Assembly: GCF_001194135.2 (NCBI RefSeq)
Contig: NC_068992.1
Location: 33,647,135 to 33,711,134 of the forward strand
Source: Octopus bimaculoides
Lineage: Eukaryota
Direction of reading: 5' to 3'
DNA length: 64,000 nt
The position numbers and the translations under genes were made by a program. Each line of letters opens with the position of its first letter. Position 1 is the stretch's first letter. The notes beneath the pieces were generated by a model. It had not been told where the DNA came from, made no database searches, and saw only the letters and a program-made list of their open reading frames with translations. Below, piece by piece: positions 24,591 to 37,960 of the stretch.

Positions 24591-25811
24591 ATGTATATAT
24601 GTATGTATGTATGTATGTATGTGTGTGTATGTGTGAGTGTGTGTGTATAGTAACATATACCAAGGAAATAGTATAGACACAATGTTTATTTCTTAAAGGC
24701 TTCAAACAGTGCATTGTAAATAAATCAACAGAAATGCCAGCAACAGAGCAAAAGAGATACTGACAGATAAAATTGCTCATTAATTTGTGAATTTGTGACA
24801 AAGTAATGAACCTAGGATCTAAAACAATGGTTAAGCCAAAAGTAATGTAAATGTGGGCATAACCTTTTCATTAACTGGCTTGGTTTATTTGAATTACCCA
24901 TATTGGTAGAGTTTTTCTTTATCTGTACAAAGGTACAGCTCAACTAAATCTCTGTTACAATGTGCATTTGCAGTGTCATTGAACCCAACTCATGAATCAT
25001 CTTCATCATCATCATCATCATTGTATGTCCGTTTTCCATGCTGCCATGAGTTGGACAATTTAACAGAAGACTGCACCAAGTTTCACTGTCTGTTTTGGTA
25101 TGGTTTTTATAACTGTGCACAGTTGTATTCACATCTTAATAGCCACTTCTGTCTCCTCTGAGTCATTGAACCACTGTCCCTAAAGATTGTCCTTCATTGG
25201 ACTGAAAAAGTGGAAATTGATGGGTACCAGATTCAAGCTGTATTCATGATTGAGGAACCACTGACCAGCTCACTCAGCAGATTGCCTGATTTGTTGCTGA
25301 AAATGTGTGGTGAGGCATTGTCATAATTTATGTGGATCATTTTCAGATTCTTGTTTGTTTTTTTTCCTTCTAATGGTTTCTCTATGCATGGGTGTCCAAT
25401 TGTTCAGCAAGCTCACAGATTGTAAATTGCTTGACAATGTAAATCAATCCATTCACTCATAGGCAATTCATGTTAATAGTCACAGCTGATGTTCTCCCAC
25501 TGTGTGGTTTGACTTCAATGCCAGTTCCCCTTTATTAAACTTCATTCATCTGCATACATTACTTTTATCAACATGAGATCTTTTCCATCTGTTATGTGTC
25601 TTGGCATAATGTTAAAGAGAACAGGGACAGTTGAAGTGAAATAGTTCTGACTTAGTGTTGTGATGTGAAGTGAGAATAAGTTTTGTAGAAAACGATGCCA
25701 ACATCATTTGGCCACTGTTGATGAAATATTTTCCTCTATTGTACCAACATGAGGAATTTGAACAGCTTGTATCAATTAATCAAAAAGTTATACCCACTTT
25801 TGCATTAAAGT

Positions 25812-25866
<55 letters not shown>

Positions 25867-27164
25867 TATGAGCTTAAAGATCCACTGAATATTTAGAAAT
25901 ATAGAGAAGTACTAGTTAAAACATTGATAAAAGGAAGGGGAAGAGATCTATATCATAGAGAGCAACTTGAAGATCCTACAGGGAAACTTGCTGAGGGCTA
26001 CCAACCAGGCTGGTGCAAGGTTCCGGACAAACAAGGTAGACAAAATCATAATCTGGAGAGACAGACTTGGAAAGACTGGAAGACAGGCACACAGTAGAAA
26101 GCTATACTAGAAGGGAACCTAAATGGTAGATGTACTTAGAAAGAAAACAAGCAGAAAGAATGATGTTTGATAATATTCTGTAATGTAAAGATCTTCGTGA
26201 CCATGTCTCCGTCATTCACTTTTCTATCTGCTCTATTATTTTACCACTGTAACTAATGAAAACAGAACTTTTAACTACATATCGTTGCCCTTTCAATACT
26301 TCCAGTCATCACTTCCTCTCTTCTAAATCACACTCTGTTGATATCCATCTCTCTCTTATCATTGATCACCTGCCACTCATAGATACCATCAACCACACTT
26401 GCTCATATTCACCATTTGCCACCCTTATTATTTACCTCTGATTACTTCTGTCTTATGCATTCATATATTTGAAATCTCCATTTTCTCATCCCAATATTTC
26501 TGTCATCAAGCTCCCTTTTCATTTTCTTGGACATTCCAGCCATGCCTATCTGCCCATTTCTAACACAAAGGAGCAACAAGTTGCATCCTACACAACCCAC
26601 TCACATGCGCATGCACACACACACACACACACACATACACTCTTTCTCTCTCTCTCTCTCTCTCTCTCTATCTCCCTTAGTAATCTCTGTTACTATTCTT
26701 TCCCTTTCCTTTCTATTATCCCTTTCCTGAACAATGTCTCTCTTACTCCCTCCATTACCATCTTCTTCTTGACAATTAACTTATGCCTTTTAACTTACTT
26801 TAACTTCTCTCAGTACCTCATCTTAACTCATCAGCTTCTTTCTTATCCCCCTTCTATCTCCCCCCCTCTCTCTCTCTCTCTCTCTCGGTTGCAGATGAGG
26901 TTCTCTTTAGGGTTATGATTTTCTTAGTAATCTCCCTAATGCTGGAGTTATTACAAACTTTCTTGTATACGTAACAAGAAAAAATGCACCCAGTACAATC
27001 TGGAAAGTGGTTAGAGCAAGGAAGGGCGTCCAACCATAGAAACAACTTAAAAACTGAGATATTCAAGCAAAACTTGATATTTTGAGACTCTGAGGAAGGC
27101 TGTAACTCCAAAAACTGTTTACTTTACCTCTTGATTGTGAGCCGAATGCAACCTCATGACTGTG

Positions 27165-27520
27165 AAGGCACATGGCTCAGTAGTTAGAGCATTGGGCTTA
27201 TAGTCATGAGGTAGTGGGTTTGATTTCCGGACTGGGTTGTGTGTTGTGTTCTTGAGTAAGACATTTTATTTTACATTGCTCCAGTTCACTTAGCTATAGA
27301 AATGAGTTGCGATGTCAATGGTGCCGAGCTGTATCAGCACTTGCCTTTCCCATCAATAACATCAATGGCATGGAGAGGGGAGGCTGGTCTCCCATAAACA
27401 ACCTTGCCCAGGGAGACTGCTGGTCTTCCATAAACAACCTTGCCCAGGCTTCTGCATCAGAGGGTAACTTTCTAGGTACAATTCCATGGTCATTCATGAC
27501 CAAAGGGAATCTTTACCCGT
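27165..27520 (+). mobile_element. tRNA-derived SINE with an internal duplication
   Basis: A-box-like TGGCTCAGTAG and B-box-like GGTTTGATTTCC; CCATAAACAACCTTGCCCAGG occurs twice (27391, 27428). Confidence 0.8.
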
Positions 27521-28599
27521 TTTATGTATGTATAATGCAATTTATGCTGTGGACTACTTTATCTGAAGTGCATGTCCTCTCAAAAGATAGTACCTTGTGA
27601 GAGAAAGTTCGCCGCTATTTCTGCAGGTGAGATGACCAGATAAAGGTTTCCCTCCTGAATCTGTGTCGCTGAGTTTTCAAGATGACAGTTCAATATAGTA
27701 GATAGACTTATTAAATCTTAGTTTGCCTGATAAAAAGGTATGAAATCTCTATTACTGCTGCTCAGTACCCTGCTCCTACTAACTGCTACTACTGTTGTTA
27801 CTTAGTCTCAGGCCAACTTTGATTAAACAGACCTGAAATTAAAGTGCTCCAGTCATGACCATCATGCCTTATAGTGCATCCAGGACTACATTACTCAATG
27901 ATTCTTCCTTTTTCACAATAATAACTTCTGTATGAGAAGAATTTGGCTGCTATGTCAAGCAATTTGCCCAACCAAATGTTCATATTTTTTATATTGGTAG
28001 AGGATCTCAATCTGGGAAATCCACTAAACTATCATAGCATTTCATGGTCTTCAGTCTATGACTGCTTGTATACATCTGTTACAACTTTTGTTTTCTTGTC
28101 AATATTTCAGATATCTTATTTCACTGAAAACTAAGCATAGTTCTTTCTCTCTATTCATAAATTAAACAATTTTCTCTATGCTTTTAAGAAAATAATTAAA
28201 TTTTCAATAAGAGAAGAAACATGCATTTTGAAATTAGGATCTTTTGAGAAAAGCAATTAATGAAAAAGTAGCAGCATTTTTGTCTTAGATTAGTGGATAT
28301 CCCAACAGACATAATAAAATCAGAATGAATAGAGGTCTTTATTAAGAATCAGAAATATATCAAGCACGTCCATACCCAAACACAATGTTTAAAAAAATGG
28401 TATGTTTATATACGTAAACAAGTGAGCTATATAAAAGACAGAAAAGAGCACACACTGATTAAAGAAATATATTCTTTCAATTATTGAATATATTTTGAGC
28501 ATATCTACCATATTTGTGGAACCTTTGGAAGAAGTTTGGTGATGAAGGTATACAGTAAGGGTTTAGTGATATTTCTTAGAAGTGAGAGAAAGAAAGAAA

Positions 28600-28742
28600 G
28601 AATAGATAGATAGATAGATAGGTAGGTAGATAGATAGATAGATAGGTAGGTAGATAGATAGATAGATAGGTAGGTAGGTAGATAGACAGATAGATAGATA
28701 GGTAGATGGGCAGGCAGGTAGGTAGGTAGGTAGGTAGGTTGG
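28600..28742. repeat. Compound (GATA)n/(GGTA)n microsatellite
   Basis: Directly visible. Confidence 0.97.
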
Positions 28743-29289
28743 AGAGAGAGTATGAGAGAATGCAACTGTTTATTCTCATTAAATATATTGACTGCTACAA
28801 TTGAAGTGTGTATTGTATATGAGTCAAGCAACACATTCAATCTTGAAAATGTCTTTAAACAGCACAGTGGGATTCTTAATATATAATTAAGAAGTATTCT
28901 TTACTGAAAATTCTTCACTCAGAAATTAATACAAATCTTTGTCAGTCAGTCAAACCTCAAATTTGAAAAGAAAAATTCTAAGATCATCCAACATGTATAT
29001 GAATAACACTGTTATGGCTGCATCAATGTAATCTTTAATTATTTGGTTCTTCTTCCTGGGAAGTTCAAACTTAACATTGTTTATGATGTCCCACCACCAT
29101 CACCATTATCACTGCCACCACCACCACCAACAGAGAATAGAAAAGTCAGCAGTTAATGGGTGTGAAATGATATTTCACATACAGGCAACATTGCCCAGTA
29201 GATAAACATTTATACTAGTTTCTCAAATGTTTGAACTTCAAATACTATGCAGGTGTTTATCGTATATCATTTACTGTTCTAGTCATTTG

Positions 29290-29480
29290 AGTATGGCCAT
29301 GCTGAGATACCACCTTTAAAGGTTCTAGTTGAACAAATCATCTTACCCTAGGACTTATTTCTTAAACCTAGTACTCATTCTACCAGTCTCTTTTGCTGAA
29401 CTGCTAAGTTACTGGGACATAAACAAACCAACACTAATTGTCAAGTGGTGGGTTGGGGACAAACACAGACTCAAAGACAC
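29290..29480 (-). mobile_element. SINE 3' half
   Basis: Reverse-complement similarity to 15540-15680 and direct similarity to 56640-56790. Confidence 0.7.
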
Positions 29481-29501
29481 ACACTCACACATAGATAAAC
29501 A

Positions 29502-29565
<64 letters not shown>

Positions 29566-29720
29566 GTGTTGTGTCGATGCCCCCAGGCGAAGACGTATGA
29601 TCTCCCAAGACATATAAATAGAGGTAGTCTGGCCAAGGGAGAGTGTTGAGTAGCAGTTGTGTAGCGGTTGAGTAGAGATCATCCGAAGGTGCTAGATAGC
29701 AGTAGCTTGAGACATAACAT

Positions 29721-29752
<32 letters not shown>

Positions 29753-29796
29753 AACTTACTTGGAAAAGGATGCGTGGCATTCAATCATATAATAAT

Positions 29797-29828
<32 letters not shown>

Positions 29829-30699
29829 CATATATACATACGCATACATATTTACTTATATGTATGCAATTGTGGGCACAGGATGTCACAAAATGTAAAC
29901 AACAAAAAATACGAAGTACGAAGATATGGGNNNNNNNNNNNNNNNNNNNNNNNNNNNNNNNNNNNNNNNNNNNNNNNNNNNNNNNNNNNNNNNNNNNNNN
30001 NNNNNNNNNNNNNNNNNNNNNNNNNNNNNNNNNNNNNNNNNNNNNNNNNNNNNNNNNNNNNNNNNNNNNNNNNNNNNNNNNNNNNNNNNNNNNNNNNNNN
30101 NNNNNNNNNNNNNNNNNNNNNNNNNNNNNNNNNNNNNNNNNNNNNNNNNNNNNNNNNNNNNNNNNNNNNNNNNNNNNNNNNNNNNNNNNNNNNNNNNNNN
30201 NNNNNNNNNNNNNNNNNNNNNNNNNNNNNNNNNNNNNNNNNNNNNNNNNNNNNNNNNNNNNNNNNNNNNNNNNNNNNNNNNNNNNNNNNNNNNNNNNNNN
30301 NNNNNNNNNNNNNNNNNNNNNNNNNNNNNNNNNNNNNNNNNNNNNNNNNNNNNNNNNNNNNNNNNNNNNNNNNNNNNNNNNNNNNNNNNNNNNNNNNNNN
30401 NNNNNNNNNNNNNNNNNNNNNNNNNNNNNNNNNNNNNNNNNNNNNNNNNNNNNNNNNNNNNNNNNNNNNNNNNNNNNNNNNNNNNNNNNNNNNNNNNNNN
30501 NNNNNNNNNNNNNNNNNNNNNNNNNNNNNTTGTTGTATTTGCTGGTCTTTTTACCGTACCTTTTAGACACTTTAGAGACTGAATACTATAAATTCATTTA
30601 TTGATTCTTGAAGGAATTGAACACACATATTGTATCTTACATTGGACATATGGTATTGTTCCTGTGATTTTCCACCCTTATGTCTCCATTTTTACTATA

Positions 30700-30738
<39 letters not shown>

Positions 30739-30744
30739 TGCACA

Positions 30745-30912
30745 CGATGGGCTTCTTTCAGTTAGTTTCCATCAACCAAATCAATTCACAAGGCTTTGGA
30801 TGGCCTGAGGCTATAGTAGAAGAGGCTTGCTCAAGATGCCATGCTGTGGGACTGAACCGGGAAACATGTGATTAAGAAGCAAGTTTCTTACCACACAGCT
30901 GTGCCTGCACCC
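30745..30912 (-). mobile_element. tRNA-derived SINE copy
   Basis: Reverse complement of the 15338 family consensus. Confidence 0.85.
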
Positions 30913-32949
30913 ATGTTTCTGTATAATTCTAGGCAGAAAACATTATTCTCTACATTGCTTCAGTTTACCAAACTGTTTTGAAATAGTACTTGATCATCTG
31001 GGATGTTACTTTGTGTAGGTGTCACACTTATATTGTATTTTGTCATGGAATGATAGCTTGTTTATGTTGGGTCACCATTGTTGCATAAGATGGTTTGGTC
31101 TTCATTGTTGCTGGGGTCTTGGGTGTAAGATTATTATGGTTTAAACTGACTATGTGTGTTGTAAACAGAAACAAAACTTGCAATCATTTTATAATATATT
31201 TGTTAAAGGTGCCTTTTCAAGTATTCATTGTAGAGAAGTTTAGGATTAGGGGATTGACTTTTGTAGCGTCTAAATTTTTCAGTCATTTATTTGAGATGAT
31301 GCTCTGACTTTGTAGCATAAATCTCCTGCAAATCAATTGGTCAATAAATAGGACATACATGTGACAATTGTATGCCTCAAATGAGATACTAGCTTGATAA
31401 CTTATAGAAAATGGTTCAAATTCTAGGTCTCATTACATAGGCAAGTGTACAGTCTTGAAAAGAATTTATTTCTTAACCATTTAATCTAATCAATATGGAG
31501 CTAGTTACCAACCCTTAAAAAGTTCTCTTGATCTTAGAAAATGATTATTAAACAGTATATGAGCCAGCAAGGGTACTGTTATGTAGTCCCACGACCTACT
31601 ACAAATAACAACCAAATCTTCCTAAAATCACATTCCACCATCTTAAAAAATGAAAGACACATCAAAAGGAAAAAAAGGGTCAAAGCTGGAATACCTTGCA
31701 TCATATGCCTACAGAACTTGAATCATTTGGAGTTAAACATTAAGGACACTATATTACATCACAATATCTAATTACAAGATTTTATTTATTTGTTAACATT
31801 TGTATTTTCTATGATGAGGTGGGGGATGGGAATAGGTAACTGGGGCAAATTGAGTAATTTCTGAGTTGTCATTATTTTCTCCCTGCTTGTTTGAAACCAT
31901 TACATTGCAAGTGTTGCATCATCGTTTTCGACTGCTGCATCATGTTTGGAAACAAAAATTGGTCAGCGTAGTTGTTGCTATCGAAATTGAGAGAGTTTGA
32001 AACAATCAGGAGATTTTTCAAGAAATTTTTCCCCAACTTTAACCTGAATGTAATTGAGGTAGCTAATAAAATATGTGGGTAATTTTTGGTGTTTAACATT
32101 CAATATTCTTTTTCTATTAGGTTCCAAGTCAATTTGTTTGCCAAACTAACGTTTAATTTTATGATTTTCAAGTCTAAAATATGATGTCTTAAAAGGGGCA
32201 AAATGAGTAATGACTAATTTCAGTAATTTCTGTTTTTTTAACTGTATGTTGGGTAAATATATCATGAAGAGAGCCATTCCAGGAGATTGTAAAGAAGCTA
32301 TAGAGTCTATTTTATGTTGAGTTTTTAGCTTTAGATGAGTTTTATTTATTCAATATTGAGCCATTTTTCCATGATCCTCTTTCATTTGACCTAGATATGT
32401 TAATTTTTGTGTTATTTCTGATCTTTCTGATGTCTAAGGATGGGTACTGAGATGTATGAGTCTTTTTCAAATATAATTCTGGAGAATTGAAGAAGTAAGT
32501 TTACTTTTTCTTGTCTTACTCTTTTGCCCCATCTAAAATTATCTTTTATATGCTCAAAAAGAATAGCGATAGTTTTCTGAAATAGTGTTCTGAATATGTT
32601 ATAGTGTTTTAGTGCATTTAGGAAAGGCTATTTGCTTAGCTGATATATCTTTTGTAAGGTAATGAGCATTTGTAAAGAATAATTTTTTTGTCAACATCAA
32701 AAATGCAGTAAATATTACACATTGTGACCCCGACCTACGCTTTTAGTGATTGGCTGTTCAAACGCACACAAAATTAAAACCGATGTAGCAATTAAAGAAA
32801 TGAAATAATGCATAGATGCATATTTGATGTTTATAATTGGTATGTTTTGCATTATGTACTTCATTTTTCTGGAACATATTTAATTAAATTAATATGTTAT
32901 ATTTATTCCTTAGTGTATTTTAGTTAACTTTGGATTAAAATAAAATATT

Positions 32950-35480
32950 TTAAGCTGATATTCTGAATCTTAATTTATTCCACTTAGCACTTTTCTCATC
33001 GTGAGACTGCTTCACCAGGCATGGCTTGAACTTTTTCAACTGCATTTGAAGAGGAAGCATTGAATGTGCTTCTTCAATAAATGTGGAACACATGTACAAG
33101 ATAGACATTGCTGCATATTTGGAACCTATGCTCCCCTTATTCTTTGTCAAGATCTTCAGAAGCAGCATAATTGTTTTATTGTTGAGTATGACAGTTTCTC
33201 ACCAGATTTTATAACAAGTGCTAAACATTAGTGTGTCATAGTATCATCTATCAAAGCTCCTGCACTTTTCCTAATTTTCCACAAAATCACTCATTTCAAC
33301 GATTTACTAAACTTGACAGTGAAGTTATTCATAGTGGTTTATAGGCTTTTATTTGAGAGCATCACTGAACCTGTCATGTCACCTTGGTATGCATAAGCAG
33401 TTTAATAAAGGATAAGCTTAACCTACTGACTTGGATGCATACACACTCCCACAGATCAGTGATATCATACATAATCTTTCTGTATTCAAATTTTTCTCCA
33501 CCTTTGACCTTAAAATTGCATATCATCAAATACCTCTTACTAAGCCAGATAAGGAACATTCTGCATTAAAAAAAAAATCAAGAATCTGTTAATTTTTGCC
33601 ATATTCTTGTTCTTGTTTCTGAAGGCTTATTGATATAGTTGTAAAGGAAGAAAATATAAAAGAACATCTCCTTATTTAGATAATATAACAATAGGTAGAA
33701 CGAACAAAGCTGAACTGGATTTGAATGTGCAAATGTTTATAAACGCCTGCAAAAGCCTATACTTAACTCTGAATGATTCCAAGTCTGTTATATCAAGATA
33801 CTTGTCTATTTTATTAGGAACAGGTTAAATCAACCAGAAGTTGAAAGATTACACCCTTTCGAAGAGCTGCTACCTCCGTCAAGGCTTAAGCCACCTTGCA
33901 GAACTCTAGGCATATTCATATATTTTCCAGTAATACACAATAAACTCTCAAATAAAATCAAAGTCTTAGAAGAAACACAGCCTTTAATACTTTGAAAAGG
34001 GAATTGCTGAATGTCATCTTAGTAACTATTGATGAGATTTGACCTTTTCCAGTTAAATGTGAAGTATCAGATGTTGCAGTTTCATCTTCTCTATATCAAG
34101 AAGACAAATCAGTTGCTATTATGTCAAGTACTCTGTTTGACAATGAACTACTCTATCCATCAATACAGAAAGAAGCCACTCTAGTTATTGGGGCTGTTCA
34201 GAAGTGGAATCATCTTTTTGCTGAACTCCATTTTACTCTCAACACTGACTGATGATGAGCTGTTTATGTGTTGGATAACAGACCAAAATACTAAATAAAT
34301 AAAATGAATTGTTTCAGCAGTATTGACACATGCCAAATGTGCATCTATTTTGCAACCAAATTATTTAAGATACACGAAAGGTTCTTCACTCCAGAAACAA
34401 TGAGGGTGTTTGGTTTTGTCTTATCTAAATATCTATCCCACTCTATTGATGATGTTAAATGAATTTGTGCTTGTTGATTATGTGTCAATATTATGCTCAC
34501 TCCTTTCACCCACATGAAATTACTCTAATCAATGACGTTCAACCTATGGAGCATCTTAGTATTCACTTTAAAGAACTATCAGTATGATCATTATCTCACA
34601 GAAAGTATCATTTTGGGGACTAATAATGAATTCTCATTATTTCATTTTTGAATGTCCAAATATAAGTCCTGAAACAGTTAATTAAGAAAGTTTCAAAGTA
34701 TCAACTGTTCAACTGTTAGTGGCACTGTTGAATACATTCACTCTGATTGTCAATCACCATTGCTCAGAAAGAATGTGAAATTCATTTGAATAAATGAGAA
34801 ATTGCTGCATGGAAAACTACATCTTACAACTCAGATGGAATTTACTTAGTTTGGGGATAAAATAGGATTATTGTAAAGCTGAAAAATGATTAAAATTAGC
34901 ACCTGAAACATATAATCTATGATTCTTTTCAAAGACAGTATTTCTGATACACTGTTCTCAATAAGACCTCTTTGCTAAACAGTTTGAAATGATATGCCTC
35001 ATGAAAGGGATTTTTGACAACTCTCCTGCTGGCAATACATTTCTGGCTTAATTTTCACTTCCTGATAAATTTCTATTTCTCCAATATATTTGTGAAAACA
35101 AGAATGATTCATACAGTAATGTAATATTAACTGAGGCAAAGTTATCATACACACATATTAAATGTCCAAATAGTTGAGAACTAGTGGTATCATTGGGTGA
35201 CTTTTCACAATGTCCACTATCAAGTAATGCTAAAATTTCTAGAGAATCACATACTGAAAATACAACGTCTGCAGTACAAGATATTCAAATTGTTGCATCA
35301 CCACAATCAATGCAAGAGTTATCTTTTCTTTTTCTCAATGAGTTACATTAAACATGCAAAAGAAGGTTACAAAAACTTGTAAATGATCACTTCAGTAATT
35401 ATTTCAGGGTGATGACTCTGGCTCCAGCTGATATTATATGAGGTAACCTCTGTATCAATTCCAGTCCCTGAGGGGTCTGT
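32950..35480 (+). mobile_element. Heavily degraded Gypsy LTR-retrotransposon pol (RT, integrase)
   Basis: 33433-33570 reads DAYTLPQISDIIHNLSVFKFFSTFDLKIAYHQIPLTKPDKEHSA (RT). Integrase relics QPMEHLSIHFK, YIHSD and KTTSYNSDG lie at 34540-34840. No LTRs recognised. Confidence 0.85.
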
Positions 35481-35699
35481 AACCCTTTTCATAGTTATTC
35501 AACTTTGAAATTCAGTGCTGGAAATAAGTTGTGCATAACAGGGAGAATAAAATAAAATAAAGCACTTGTTTTCAGTGACCTGAAACTGATTTAGGAGCAA
35601 ATGGGCTTACCGCTGTCCAGACTTGTATCCCTTTTGTATATGCATAAATGCCACAAATACAGCTTCCTATGTAGAATGTTGGTTTCTTCAAGTTCAAAT

Positions 35700-37960
35700 C
35701 ATTTTTTCACGATTGAGGAGTTTGGTGTTTAAGAACAATGTTTCAATGTTACTTCTTGTTAGGAGTCTTGGTATCCACATTGCTCCAAATCTTCCAATCA
35801 GTCATGAATCTAGGTTTGAGTCTGCTGACCATTCTCTAATGCATTTCTATTTGGTTGTCCTATGTTCTACCATTCATCTTTTCTTCCTCCATCACCCCCA
35901 ATCCTCTCAAGAGTGTGTTTATTGATGCTGCATCCATCAACATTGACCAAATCATTTCTCTTTGTCCTTCAACAAATACTTTACTCTTTAACAATTTCAG
36001 AGTTCATCCTATTAATAGTTCAATTCTAAAATCACTACTTTTACTTTTTTTCTCTTTGCCTCAATTTTTTCTCAGTTAGTTAACATTCCTACTTGTTATC
36101 CAAATCATCACAACCATGGTTCTTTTCATGTCCATTGTATTTGATCCTACCATTTAACCTATCACTTCTCATGGTCCAGTAAGCAATTCTAACCATATTG
36201 AATTTTCTCTAGCAGTGATCCTCCATTTCATCAAAGCTTTTATAACTGTTAACTATGTGACTGGTATTCTTTCAAGATTTTCTTTATAATGCTCAGTGGG
36301 ATAATTCTTTGCCTTCTAATGTTCATACCTCTAAATTAGTATCTTGGATTGAAACTGATGTTACCTGTAATTCCTTATTGGTGATACTAAGTTAAGCCAC
36401 ACTCCTCTATTTTTACCTTCTCTTTCATCAAAGCAACTTTTCTTAATAAGAAACAGTGCAAAAAATTTTCTTTCAGATGTTAAATCTCCAGATATAGAGT
36501 TGACCATATCCCAGATTGCTTCCCAAAAGCTAGGCTTTTGGGTCTTTTAGAAAATTTATAGCAGTGTATTGAAAAATGTTAGCTCTATCTTTCTATGTCT
36601 TTTCAATGTTTACGAGACACTGACTTCTAACTAAAGATAGGACAGAGTTAATTGCTTTGTTGCTTTCTTATAATTCTACATTTGATTCATCTGATCATTC
36701 CCTCTCAACATGATATTCATGTATTTCACTTGCATATAACTTCTACATTTGTGATAAAGGCAATTTATAGCCTTAGTTCTTACATGGCTTCTAGTCATGT
36801 GATAGTATTGCAGAAGTGCTTATCTGAACTTTCCTTGTATCTGTCTAAACTTTTCAGAGTAATCTTCCTTTCCAACCTGATAGAAATCCCTCTTTGTGAT
36901 TCCTATTTTCACAAACTCTAATGAATGTTTTGATCCCCTAAACTACTGCCTAAATTGATTTTCTTTCTGCATGTCCCTAGAATTAGCAAGGTTTTTGAAT
37001 CTTTAATCAACCAGGGTATTTTGTACTTCAAAATCATTCAATATTGTGATGGTTTTTCACAATTTTTGTTCCACTGCAGGTCTTCGAATTGATACAAATG
37101 AATGATTCTACAGAGCTTTAGATAATTCCTCAATAGAAAATATTTTTGCCCTTGATGTTTCAAAAGCATGTGGCTGAATTTGTTATGCTGGCCTCCCCCA
37201 TATGCTTAAGTCAAAGTTGTAATTTCTGAACAAACTCACAAATTCCTATTGTACAAACGTAGGCATTAAAGGTGTTTTAGATGGTTATCTTTGTTTCATG
37301 GAGTCTATCTCATCTATGGCTCTAGATTCTATTCTCAGTTTGATCTTTTTTTGTTTGTTTTTATTAATGATCTTCTTGGTGATATCATGTCTAACTTTAC
37401 TATATTTTCTGGTAATATAGTGTTGTATTCTTGCTTCAGTGAGAAATCTGATTTGCCTGATTGGGTGAAAATTGTTGATTACTTGACTTGCATTCAGTAA
37501 CTTGCCAATATACTCAGTGGCTGATTACTTTCAACATAGCAAAAAGTAAACCTATTTACATTGTTATAGGATCGTTGATGATACTGTTCTTCCTAGATTT
37601 TGTAGTGTTTGGTTTTAGGTTTAACTGTCTCTAAAAATCTTACTTAGAATGATTGTTTTAAATCTTTTTCTAAAACGTTGGGTTTTTTTTTTTTTTTTGT
37701 ATCAGTGTTGTCATTTTCTTTTCTATGACTGCATTCATTATCTTTATAAGTCACTTATTTGTTCTTGTATGAAATACTGTTATAATGTTATCGCAGTTAT
37801 GCCAGTATTTGTGTTAGTATTCTTTCCTTCCTTTATTAAGTTCAATATTGAGTTTCTTTCATTGTTGGTTTTATCACAGCAGCTAGATTCCTCTTATGCT
37901 GTTGGGACACAACTTTATCTCTATTCTGTTAATATTTCCATGGTGTTTCTTCAGCTGAAA
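35700..37960 (+). mobile_element. Degraded CR1/L2-group LINE (APE plus RT)
   Basis: APE-like SINIDQIISLCPSTNTLLFNNFRVH; RT-like GVYLIYGS...LFLFVFINDLLGDIMSNFTIFSGNIVLY and LYKSLICSCMKYC. Confidence 0.7.

Noticed and set aside
27088-27130. CTGAGGAAGG...CCAAAAAC as a hammerhead (similar faint case at 2250-2300)
   Set aside because: Too degenerate: no G12 and no stem I.
32950-34300. Minus-strand ORFs as a host pseudogene
   Set aside because: The plus strand carries recognisable Gypsy RT motifs, so these are shadow ORFs.
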